Assembly (NCBI GenBank): GCA_041497115.1
Contig: JBGQFW010000010.1
Coordinates: forward strand, 113 to 64,112
Length of the DNA: 64,000 nt
Origin: Candidatus Methylomirabilia bacterium
GTDB lineage: Bacteria; Methylomirabilota; Methylomirabilia; Rokubacteriales; CSP1-6
Reading direction: 5' to 3'
Below the pieces are notes generated by a model. The model was given only the letters and a program-made list of their open reading frames with translations. It had not been told where the DNA came from and made no database searches. Below, piece by piece: positions 42,015 to 50,444 of the stretch (position 1 is the stretch's first letter; each line of letters opens with the position of its first letter). The translations under genes and the position numbers were made by a program.

Positions 42015-43211
42015 GTGAACACGGTGCTGCTGCGCCTGGTCCCCGGCGCCCTCCTGCTCATCGCGTCCGCCCTCGCCCTGAGCGGCAGCCTGCGGACGGC
42101 GGTGTGGCCGCTGGTGCCCGCCTACCCGCTGGTGGTGCTGGGCGGCGGTCTCCTGCTGGCGTGGCGGTTCGATCGCAGCCGTCTCGTCCTCGCCCTCGCG
42201 GTCCTGCTGCTGACCGAGCGCGCGCTGGTGCTGTGGGCGCCGTTCGGCGGGGGCGGCGAGGTCAGCCGCGCGGTGTTCGGGGCGCTCGCGCTCCTCGTCC
42301 CGCTCGACCTGGCCGCGCTCACCTGGCTGCCCGAGCGCGGCCTGTTCGCCCGCCCCGGCCGCCTCGCGCTCGGCGTGCTGGGCGGCGAGATCGTCCTCGT
42401 CACGCTGTTCTGCCAGCCCCTCTTCCTCCCGCTCGCCACGCGCCTGGACGGCATGCACGCCGGCCCCGGGCTCGGCGGGCTGCCGGCCGTCTCGCTCGGC
42501 GCCTTCGTGCTCGCCTTCGCCGTGCTGGCGCGACGGGCCGTGCTGCAGGTGACCGCGGTGGAGAGCGGGGCCGTGTGGAGCCTGGTGGCCGCGCTCCTGG
42601 CGCTGGCCTCGGGGGGCGGCGGCCTCGACTCGAGCGTGTTCCTCGCCACCGGCGGTCTCATCCTCGTGCTCTCGCTCATCGAGACGTGGCACGGCATGGC
42701 CTACAACGACGAGCTCACCGGGCTGCCCGCCCGGCGCGCGCTGAACGAGGCGCTGGCGCGCCTGCGCGGCGTGTACGCGGTGGCCATGGTGGACCTCGAC
42801 CATTTCAAGCGCTTCAACGACGAGCACGGCCACGACGTCGGCGATCAACTCCTCCGCATGGTGGGCGCGCGTCTGGGCGAGATCGGGGGCGGCGGGCGGG
42901 CGTTCCGCTACGGGGGTGAGGAGTTCGCGGTGCTCTTCTCCGGCCGCGACGCCGACGAGGCGCGCGGCCACATGGAGGCGGTGCGCCGGACGATCGAGCG
43001 CTCGCCGTTCGTCCTGCGCGGCCCCCACCGGCCGCGCGCGCGACCGGAGGGGCCGGCGGCGGCCGTCGAGCGCCGGCGCATCGCGGTCACCGTCAGCGTC
43101 GGCATCGCCGCCACCGACAGCGAGGCGGTGACGCCCGAGGAGGTCGTGCGGGCGGCGGACCAGGCCCTCTACCGCGCCAAGCAGGCGGGGCGCAACCGGG
43201 TCGCGACGTGA
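42015..43211 (+). CDS. Membrane-anchored diguanylate cyclase (GGEEF)
   Basis: About 6 TM helices, then DELTGLPARRAL...VDLDHFKRFNDEHGHDVGDQ...RYGGEEFAVLF...ADQALYRAKQAGRN. Confidence 0.8.
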   Translation: MNTVLLRLVPGALLLIASALALSGSLRTAVWPLVPAYPLVVLGGGLLLAWRFDRSRLVLALAVLLLTERALVLWAPFGGGGEVSRAVFGALALLVPLDLAALTWLPERGLFARPGRLALGVLGGEIVLVTLFCQPLFLPLATRLDGMHAGPGLGGLPAVSLGAFVLAFAVLARRAVLQVTAVESGAVWSLVAALLALASGGGGLDSSVFLATGGLILVLSLIETWHGMAYNDELTGLPARRALNEALARLRGVYAVAMVDLDHFKRFNDEHGHDVGDQLLRMVGARLGEIGGGGRAFRYGGEEFAVLFSGRDADEARGHMEAVRRTIERSPFVLRGPHRPRARPEGPAAAVERRRIAVTVSVGIAATDSEAVTPEEVVRAADQALYRAKQAGRNRVAT

Positions 43212-44230
43212 GCCGTGCCCGCGGCGGCTTCGTGTCGCCGCTGGCCACGTGGTTCGCGGGTCCGGCCTCCCTCCGCGCGTTCCGCCGCCGGCGACTGGGC
43301 CGCACGCCCACCGTCCTGGCGCCGCGCGACCGGGCCTGGCGTCGCGTCGCGCCCGCCTTCGCCGCCGCCGTCGCGATGGCCGCCGCGGGGCTGCCGTTCC
43401 AGATCGCCGACGCGCGACGCTACGATCGTACGGGCGATCCGCGCCGCCTGCGCCCGGCGCTGGCCGCGGGCGCGACGGTCTTCCTCCCCCAGGTGCACCA
43501 GGTGCTGCCCCGCCTCATGCGGCTCATGGTCGCGCTGCGGGTCGCGCTGCTCGGGCCGCTGCGCGAGGAGTGCTCGTTCCTGTTCCTCGTCGAGGGGCGG
43601 GGGCGCACCGGGATGGGACTGCACCACGACGGCCCGGTGGACGCGTTCTGGCTGCAGCTCGAGGGGCGGCGCACCGTGACGCTCGGCCCGCCGGTGCCGC
43701 CGGGCACGCCCGAGGACCTCGATCCGCGCCGGGCGGCGCGGCGAGGCTGGCGAAGGCTCGAGCTGCCGCCCGGGACCCTCTTCTACCTGCCGCCGTGGAC
43801 GCCGCACGACGTCGTCTGCCACGGCCGCTCGCTGGCGCTGTCGCTCACGTGGCGCCGCCTCGATGCGCGGGGCCACCGCGCGGCACGACGGCCGGTCGCC
43901 CGGCGCCGCGGGCTCGCCGCGTGGGATGTGGTCTCCGGGCGCGTGAGGGCGGTGCCGCCGCCGGCGCGGCGCCGGCTCTTCACGCAGGTGCCCGCGCTCG
44001 CGGTCGGCGCGATGCTCGTCACGCCCGACGGCGCGCTGCGCCTGCCTCCGGCGGCGCGCGCGCTCGCGCGGCGGCTGGCGCTCATGCCGAGCTTCGCGCG
44101 CCCGGCCGGCCCGCGCGCGTCGGCGGCGCTGGCGCCACTGATCGAGCACGGCATCGTGGGACCACAGGAGCTGCCGCTCAGGATCGAGCCCGCCCGGCCG
44201 CAGGCCCTCGATGGCTGGCGATTCGCGTGA
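43208..44230 (+). CDS. Cupin_4 / JmjC-domain protein (2-oxoglutarate/Fe(II) oxygenase-like)
   Basis: GMGLHHDGPVDAFWLQLEGRRTV...GTLFYLPPWTPHDV fits the HxD...H facial triad of JmjC/ribosomal-oxygenase-like cupins. The GTG overlaps the GGDEF stop (GTGA). Confidence 0.5.
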   Translation: MSRARGGFVSPLATWFAGPASLRAFRRRRLGRTPTVLAPRDRAWRRVAPAFAAAVAMAAAGLPFQIADARRYDRTGDPRRLRPALAAGATVFLPQVHQVLPRLMRLMVALRVALLGPLREECSFLFLVEGRGRTGMGLHHDGPVDAFWLQLEGRRTVTLGPPVPPGTPEDLDPRRAARRGWRRLELPPGTLFYLPPWTPHDVVCHGRSLALSLTWRRLDARGHRAARRPVARRRGLAAWDVVSGRVRAVPPPARRRLFTQVPALAVGAMLVTPDGALRLPPAARALARRLALMPSFARPAGPRASAALAPLIEHGIVGPQELPLRIEPARPQALDGWRFA

Positions 44231-44251
44231 GAGAGGGCTTCGGCCTGAGCG

Positions 44252-45541
44252 TCAGCCGGCGGCGGGAGCGCCGTGACGCCGCCGGCGCCGGCCGCCGCGC
44301 CGCGAGCGACGGCGGCGCTGGACCGCGGGCGCGCCCTCGTCGGGCGGCGCGGCCACGTCGGCGGGCTCGTCGCCCGGCTCGTCGCCGGGCTCGGGGGCGG
44401 GCATCTCGGCCGGCGCGCCGTACTGGGAGGCCTCGACCACCGCCCGGCGCGCCTCGTAGCTCTCCGCCGCGGTGAGCGGCCGCGCGACCGGCCGCGAGGC
44501 CGCCGCCTCCACCGGCTCCGGCGCCGCCCCCGGCGCGCCGGCCCCGTCCACCAGCGTGATGTGGCCGGCGCGGCTCACCGACAGCTCGCGCAGCCGCCTC
44601 AGCCGCGTGATCAGCCGCGGCGAGCCCGGGGGCCGGCTGAAGCCGTGCGACTTCAGCGCGTTGGCCAGGGCGTCGAGGGTGATGGTGCGGCCGGCCGAGC
44701 GCTCGATCAGGTCGCGGGCAACCCCCAGCAGCTCGTCGTGCGGCGCCGTGTGCGGCTCCTCGGCGGCGGCGTGCGCGACCGGGGGCGGCGCGTGCAGCGG
44801 CGCGCCGTCGCGCCGGGGGCCGCGGCGACCGCGCCGGTGCCGCCCGCCCCGCGACTCGCCGTAGGACTCGCTCGGCGCGGCGACGACGGGCTCCTCGACG
44901 GGCGGCGCGGCCAGCGCGGGCGCCGCGCTCGGCACGCCGGTGAGGCGGCGATACGAGAGGCGGCGGAACGCGATGCCCAGGCTCGTGGCGACGTCGCCGA
45001 CCGCATCAAATGCCCGGTCGTCGGAGATGACTTCCAGCACGTCGCCGGGGCGCGCGGTGCCGAGCCAGACACCGGCGGCCACCGCGATCCGCAAATCGCT
45101 CCAGTCCTTCACCCCCACCGACGGCGCGCTGTGCAGGAGCTGGGCGCCGTGGCCGGCCAGCAGGCGCGCCGTGTCGTGGCCGATCACGCGCCAGTTGCCC
45201 ACGGCGATGAAGTCGGTGCGGCGGCCGAGGCGGTCCACCGCCAGGTGGTCGATGACCCGCGCGATGTGCTGCACGCGGCTCGTGTTCTCCACGTCGAAGA
45301 AGATCGCGCGCCGGGTGGTGGGCAGCGGCCGCTCGGGCTCGGGGGGGCGGGCCGCCGCGCGCGCGGAGAACGTCAGCTCGGGCTCGGCCAGCGGCAGGTT
45401 GTGACCCGGCGGATCCGGCGGCCCCTCGACCGGCGGCAGGGGCTCGAGCGCGACCGGCTCGGGGGGTGGCGCCGCCGGGCGCGGTCCGCGGCGGCGGCCG
45501 ACGCGGCGTCGTTTGGTGGACTTTCGATGTTCGGTCGTCAC
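44252..45541 (-). CDS. NYN (LabA-like, PIN-like nuclease fold) domain protein with a C-terminal OST-HTH/LOTUS-like region and Arg-rich termini
   Basis: AIFFDVENTS...DLRIAV...VISDDRAFDAV (NYN pattern). ITLDALANALKSHGFSRPPGSPRLITRLRRL (LOTUS-like). The GTG at 45541 is chosen to avoid overlap with the divergent small ORF. Confidence 0.55.
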   Translation of the reverse strand: MTTEHRKSTKRRRVGRRRGPRPAAPPPEPVALEPLPPVEGPPDPPGHNLPLAEPELTFSARAAARPPEPERPLPTTRRAIFFDVENTSRVQHIARVIDHLAVDRLGRRTDFIAVGNWRVIGHDTARLLAGHGAQLLHSAPSVGVKDWSDLRIAVAAGVWLGTARPGDVLEVISDDRAFDAVGDVATSLGIAFRRLSYRRLTGVPSAAPALAAPPVEEPVVAAPSESYGESRGGRHRRGRRGPRRDGAPLHAPPPVAHAAAEEPHTAPHDELLGVARDLIERSAGRTITLDALANALKSHGFSRPPGSPRLITRLRRLRELSVSRAGHITLVDGAGAPGAAPEPVEAAASRPVARPLTAAESYEARRAVVEASQYGAPAEMPAPEPGDEPGDEPADVAAPPDEGAPAVQRRRRSRRGGRRRRRHGAPAAG

Positions 45542-45610
45542 GTCGCGCCCGTCTCCCGGGCGCGGATCGAGCGTATCACGGATGGCGGAGCGCGGCAGGT
45601 GGAGTGTACG

Positions 45611-45829
45611 ATGCGCCGCATGAGCGAGACGGCCCAACCCGGCGAGGCGGAGATCCTCCACGCGCTGATCCGCCGGCGCTACGGCGACCGGCTCACCGCC
45701 GAGGAGCTCGACAGCGTGCGCCGCGGCGTGGAGGCGCTCGTCGAGCAGGCCGCCGCGCTGCGGGCGGTGCGCCTGGCCAATGCGGACGAGCCCGTGCAGC
45801 GCTTCGTCCCGTTCCGCGCCGACGCGTGA
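45611..45829 (+). CDS. Small protein (72 aa), GatC/AtzG-like (DUF4089-like) putative amidase partner
   Basis: Tail ...LRAVRLANADEPVQRFVPFRADA resembles GatC/AtzG C-termini. Its stop overlaps the amidase GTG (GTGA). Confidence 0.4.
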   Translation: MRRMSETAQPGEAEILHALIRRRYGDRLTAEELDSVRRGVEALVEQAAALRAVRLANADEPVQRFVPFRADA

Positions 45830-47214
45830 ACCCGGTCTTCTCCTCCGTCCGCGCGCTGTCCGACGCCCTGCGCCAGCGGCTCGTGTCGCCCGTCGAGCTG
45901 GCCGAGACCTTCCTGGACCGCCTCGAGCGGCTCGGCCCCCGCTACAACGCGGTCGTCACCGTCACCCGCGCGCGCGCGCTGACCCAGGCGCGCCGCGCCG
46001 AGGGCGAGATCGCCGCCGGCCGCTGGCGCGGGCCGCTGCACGGCATCCCCTACGGCGCCAAAGACCTGTTATCGACCGCCGGCATCCCGACCACGTGGGG
46101 CGCCGCCCCGCTGCGCGAGCAGACGTTCGACTTCGACGCGACGGTCGTGCGCCGCCTCGAGGAGGCGGGCGCGGTGCTCGTGGCCAAGCTCGCGATGGTC
46201 GAGCTGGCCGGCGGGATGGGCTACCGCCAGCCGAACGCCGCCTTCACCGGACCCGGCATCTCGCCGTGGGCCGACGATGCGTGGAGCGGCGGCTCGTCCA
46301 GCGGCTCGGGGTCGGCGGTGGCGGCGGGGCTGGTGCCGTTCGCGATCGGCTCGGAGACGTGGGGCTCGATCCTCTCGCCGGCCGCCTACTGCGGCATCAC
46401 CGGGCTGCGGCCGACCTACGGGCGCGTGAGCCGTCACGGCGCGATGGCCCTCGCCTGGACGCTCGACAAGCTCGGCCCGCTCGCGCTGACCGCGGACGAC
46501 TGTGGCCTCGTGCTCGGCGCCATCGCCGGCCCCGACCGCCACGACCCGACCGCGGCCGACCGCCCGTTCGCCTACGCCGCCACCGACGTCACGGGCCGCC
46601 GCTTCCGCTTCGGCGTCCTGCGCGACGTGGCGGCGACGGCGGAGCCCGCCGTGCAGGAGGCCTTCGCGCGCTCGCTCGAGACGCTGAAGAAGATCGGCAC
46701 GGTCGAGGAGGTGACGGTCGCCGACCTGCCCTACGAGGCCATCACGCGCACGATCTTGATGGCCGAGGCGGCCAGCGCCTTCGAGGACCTCATCGAGCGC
46801 GGCGGCATCGCCGCGCTGACGGCGCCCGAGGACCGCGTCACGCCCTACGCGCGCGACGCCATCCTCGCCAAGGACTACCTCAAGGCGCTGCGGCTGCGCG
46901 CGCACGTCATGCGCGAGGCCGACCGCGTGCTCGCGCGCTTCGACGCGCTCGTGGCCCCCGGCCGGCCGGCCACCGCGCCGCCCCTCGACCAGGAGTTCCG
47001 CGACCTGCACCGGCCGCCGAAGGACCCCATGGGCGCCATCGGCAACGTGGCCGGGCTGCCCGCCATCGCGGTGCCCAACGGATTCAGCGCCCGCGGGCTG
47101 CCGACGAGCCTGCAGTTCATGGGGCGCGCCTGGGAGGACGACACCGTGCTCGCCTGCGGGCGCGCCTGGCAGGGCATCACCGACTGGCACCTGCGCCACC
47201 CGGCCGCCGGGTAG
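45826..47214 (+). CDS. Amidase-signature (AS) family amidase
   Basis: GIPYGAKDL, GGSSSGSGSAVAAGLVPFAIGSETWGSILSPAAYCGITGLRPTYGRVS. Ser-cisSer-Lys family signature. Confidence 0.85.
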   Translation: MNPVFSSVRALSDALRQRLVSPVELAETFLDRLERLGPRYNAVVTVTRARALTQARRAEGEIAAGRWRGPLHGIPYGAKDLLSTAGIPTTWGAAPLREQTFDFDATVVRRLEEAGAVLVAKLAMVELAGGMGYRQPNAAFTGPGISPWADDAWSGGSSSGSGSAVAAGLVPFAIGSETWGSILSPAAYCGITGLRPTYGRVSRHGAMALAWTLDKLGPLALTADDCGLVLGAIAGPDRHDPTAADRPFAYAATDVTGRRFRFGVLRDVAATAEPAVQEAFARSLETLKKIGTVEEVTVADLPYEAITRTILMAEAASAFEDLIERGGIAALTAPEDRVTPYARDAILAKDYLKALRLRAHVMREADRVLARFDALVAPGRPATAPPLDQEFRDLHRPPKDPMGAIGNVAGLPAIAVPNGFSARGLPTSLQFMGRAWEDDTVLACGRAWQGITDWHLRHPAAG

Positions 47215-47225
47215 CGCCCCGCGCC

Positions 47226-48197
47226 GTGCGCCCACGCCTCGGCGTGGCCTTCGACGGTCGCGCCCCGCTGCCGGTCCTCCGCGCGCAGGCGCAGGCGGCC
47301 GAGGCCGCCGGCGCCGACGGCGTGTGGATCTCGAGCCACCTCTTCCTGCGCGATCCGTTCACGCTCGCCGCCGCCGTGCTCGCCGCGACGAGCCGCGTGC
47401 GCGCGACGCTGATGGCGGTCAGCCCGCACGTGATGCACCCGGTGCACATGGCGATGGCCGCCGCCACGCTCGACGAGCTCGCGCCGGGGCGCGTGGCGCT
47501 GTGCGTCGGGACCGGCGCGCCCGACGACCTCGCCGCCGCCGGCGTGACACCCCGGCGGCCGCTGCGCGCGCTGCGGGAGACGGTGGAGGTCGTGCGCGCC
47601 CTGCTCGGCGGCGAGCCCGTGACCTACGCGGGCGAGCTCTTCCGCGTGGACCACCGGCGGCTCGGCCCCGGCCGCCGCCCGGTGCCGATCGTCCTGGCCG
47701 CGGCCCGCCCGCGCGCGCTCGCGCTGGCCGGCGCCGTCGCCGACGGCGTCGTCCTCTCGAACGCCTCGTCCGTCGAGTTCGTGCGCGCCTGCCTCGCCCA
47801 CGTCGCCCGCGGCGCCGGCGGCCGGCCGCTCGCCCGCGCCGGGCTGGTGTACGCCGCGGTCGCCGAGGGCGAGGCCGAGGCGCTGGGCCGCTTCCGCCGC
47901 CAGCTCGCCGTCACGCTGCGCGCGCCTCACCACGCGGAGAATCTCGCGCTGGCCGGCGGCGCGCTCGACCAGGACGCGCTGCGGCGGGCGGTCGCGCGCG
48001 AGGACTGGGCGGCGGCCGAGGCGCTCGTCGGCGACGACGTGGTGCGGCGCCACACCGCCGCCGGCCCGCCCGCCCGGGTGCGCGAGCGGCTCGACGCCTA
48101 CCGCGCCGCCGGCCTCGACGAGATCGTGCTGGGCGGGCTCGCCACGCCCGAGGAGACCGCGCGCGCGGTGGCCGTCGCGCGCGGCGGGACGGGCTGA
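47226..48197 (+). CDS. LLM-class (luciferase-like) flavin/F420-dependent oxidoreductase
   Basis: GADGVWISSHLF...LDELAPGRVALCVGTG... TIM-barrel LLM pattern. The in-frame GTG is at 47226. Confidence 0.7.
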   Translation: MRPRLGVAFDGRAPLPVLRAQAQAAEAAGADGVWISSHLFLRDPFTLAAAVLAATSRVRATLMAVSPHVMHPVHMAMAAATLDELAPGRVALCVGTGAPDDLAAAGVTPRRPLRALRETVEVVRALLGGEPVTYAGELFRVDHRRLGPGRRPVPIVLAAARPRALALAGAVADGVVLSNASSVEFVRACLAHVARGAGGRPLARAGLVYAAVAEGEAEALGRFRRQLAVTLRAPHHAENLALAGGALDQDALRRAVAREDWAAAEALVGDDVVRRHTAAGPPARVRERLDAYRAAGLDEIVLGGLATPEETARAVAVARGGTG

Positions 48198-48202
48198 CGC
48201 GC

Positions 48203-49201
48203 ATGCGCTTCAGCGTGCAGCTGCCCACGTGCACCGAGGGGCTCGTGAACCCGGTCCCGTTCGCGGCGCCCGCCGACTTCGTGCGGCTGGCCCAGGCGGC
48301 CGAGCGGCTCGGCTACGACGCCGTGTGGGGCAACGACCACGTCACCGCGGCGCCCTACGTGCGCCGGACGTGGGCCGAGCCGCCGAACTTCTACGAGGTC
48401 CTCGTGACGCTGGCCACCGTGGGCGCGCACACGACGCGGGTGCGGCTGGGCACCGCGCTCATCGTGCTGCCGCTGCGCGATCCGGTCCTGCTCGCCAAGC
48501 AGGTCGCCACCCTCGACCGGCTCACGAACGGCCGCGTGATCCTCGGCGTCGGCCTCGGCGCCTACCGCCGGGAGTTCGAGGCGCAGTGGCCGCGGCGCGC
48601 CGCCGCCCGGCGCGGCGACATCTTCGACGAGTCGCTGGCGGCCCTCCGCCTCCTCTTCACCGAGCGCGAGGCGAGCTATGCCGGCGCCCACGTCGCGTTC
48701 GAGAAGCTCGAGTGCTATCCCAAGCCGGTGCAGCAGCCGCTGCCGGTGTACGTCGGCGGCCACAACGAGGCGGCGGTGGCGCGGGCGGCGCGGCTGGGCC
48801 AGGGCTGGCTGCCCGGCTGGCGCCCCTTCGACGAGGTCCGGGCGCGCACCGCGCTGCTGCGCCGCCTCACCGCCGAGGCCGGCCGCGATCCGGCGAGCAT
48901 CGAGGCCGCCGTGCAGTTCACGCTCGTGCTCGGCCGCACCGACGCCGAGGCCTCTGCCCGCTACCGTGCGACCGGCATGGGCCGCCACCGCGTGTCGCTC
49001 GCTCACACCGGGCGCGATCCGGCCCTGGCCGAGGCCAACAACCTCATCGGCAGCCCCGCCCGCGTCCTCGAGCAGCTCGCCCGCCTGGCCGACGCCGGCG
49101 TGGACCACGTGTGCGCCATCCAGTTCCCGCACGAGAGCGTGAGCGAGATGCTCGAGCAGATGGAGTGGTTCGCCCGGGACGTCGTCGCCGTCTTCCGGTA
49201 G
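48203..49201 (+). CDS. LLM-class flavin/F420-dependent oxidoreductase
   Basis: GYDAVWGNDHV...LGTALIVLPLRDPVLLAKQVATLDRLTNGRVILGVGLG. The in-frame ATG is at 48203. Confidence 0.75.
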   Translation: MRFSVQLPTCTEGLVNPVPFAAPADFVRLAQAAERLGYDAVWGNDHVTAAPYVRRTWAEPPNFYEVLVTLATVGAHTTRVRLGTALIVLPLRDPVLLAKQVATLDRLTNGRVILGVGLGAYRREFEAQWPRRAAARRGDIFDESLAALRLLFTEREASYAGAHVAFEKLECYPKPVQQPLPVYVGGHNEAAVARAARLGQGWLPGWRPFDEVRARTALLRRLTAEAGRDPASIEAAVQFTLVLGRTDAEASARYRATGMGRHRVSLAHTGRDPALAEANNLIGSPARVLEQLARLADAGVDHVCAIQFPHESVSEMLEQMEWFARDVVAVFR

Positions 49202-49204
49202 GGT

Positions 49205-50431
49205 ATGCTATCCGGCATGACACCCTCGAGCGCCGACGCCTTCGAATCGCTGCTCTCCAGCCGGGCCCGCATCGGCTGGGGCGTGCCCGTGGCCACGCCG
49301 CGCCCGTCCATGTCCGCCCTCTACGAGTTCGGCGGCGGCTATCCCGATCCGGCCTCGTTCCCCTACGAGGGGATGATCGAGGCCACCGCCGACATGATGA
49401 AGGACGAGGGCGCCGCCGCGATGACCTACGGCGAGCCCCAGGGCTACCGCGGGCTGCGCGAGCTCGTCTGCTACAAGTACGCGCTGTTCGAGAAGATGAA
49501 GGTCGAGCCGGACAACATCATCGTCGCCAACGGCTCCGGCCAGGCGCTGGCGCTGGCCTTCGGGGCCTTCATCGATCCGGGCGACGCGGTGATCGCCGAG
49601 GCGCCGACGTTCTCGGGCTCGCTCAACACGATCCGCCGGCACGGCCCGCAGATCCTCGACGTGCCGGTGGACGCCGAGGGCATCGTCACCGACGCCGTGC
49701 GCGAGCGGCTGGAGGGGCTGCGCCGCCAGGGGCGCCGCTGCAAGCTCATCTACACGATCGTGAACTTCCAGAACCCGGCCGGGCCCAGCCAGTCGCTGCG
49801 GCGCCGGCAAGAGCTGGTGGCGCTGGCCAACGAGTACGAGACCCTCATCCTCGAGGACGACGCCTACGGCGAGCTGCGCTTCGAGGGGCAGACGCTGCCG
49901 CCGCTGTACACGCTCGACACCCAGGGCCGCGTGATCCGGGCGGGCACGCTCTCGAAGATCCTCGGCGCCGGCGTGCGGCTGGGGTGGCTGTGCGCGCCCA
50001 CGTCCATGATCGGGGCGTTCCAGGGGTTCCTCTTCGGCGGCGGCGTGAACCCGTTCATGTCGCGGGTGGCCACGTACTACCTGCGCTCGGAGATGCCGGC
50101 ACACGTCGCCCGTCTCATCGACGTCTACCGCGCCAAGCGCGACGCGATGCTGCGCGGGCTGGACGAGGTGCTCAAGGACACCGACGCGGAGATCAGCCGG
50201 CCCGAGGGCGGCTTCTTCCTCTGGATCCGGCTGCCCGGGGGCACCGACACGAAGCGGCTGTCCGCCCTCGCGGTGGACAAGCGCGTGCAGTACACGCCGG
50301 GCGCCGCGTTCTACGCCAACGGCGGCGGCGAGGAGCACATCCGCCTGGCGTTCAGCTACGAGCCGCCCGAGAAGTGCTACGAGGGCGGCCGCCTCATCGC
50401 CCAGGCCATCGTGGCCGCCCGCGCGCGCTGA
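49205..50431 (+). CDS. PLP-dependent aminotransferase, class I/II (2-aminoadipate/aromatic aminotransferase-like)
   Basis: YGEPQGYRGLRE...NGSGQAL...NFQNPAG...LEDDAYGELRF...GTLSKILGAGVRLGW (the PLP Lys is in SKIL). Confidence 0.8.
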   Translation: MLSGMTPSSADAFESLLSSRARIGWGVPVATPRPSMSALYEFGGGYPDPASFPYEGMIEATADMMKDEGAAAMTYGEPQGYRGLRELVCYKYALFEKMKVEPDNIIVANGSGQALALAFGAFIDPGDAVIAEAPTFSGSLNTIRRHGPQILDVPVDAEGIVTDAVRERLEGLRRQGRRCKLIYTIVNFQNPAGPSQSLRRRQELVALANEYETLILEDDAYGELRFEGQTLPPLYTLDTQGRVIRAGTLSKILGAGVRLGWLCAPTSMIGAFQGFLFGGGVNPFMSRVATYYLRSEMPAHVARLIDVYRAKRDAMLRGLDEVLKDTDAEISRPEGGFFLWIRLPGGTDTKRLSALAVDKRVQYTPGAAFYANGGGEEHIRLAFSYEPPEKCYEGGRLIAQAIVAARAR

Positions 50432-50444
50432 CCGGCGAGGGGCC

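Noticed and set aside
41262-45829. ORFs 41262..43028(-), 43169..44149(-), 43249..44475(+), and 44273..45829(+) apart from its last 72 codons
   Set aside because: They are Arg/Pro/Gly-rich shadows of the GGDEF, JmjC and NYN genes.
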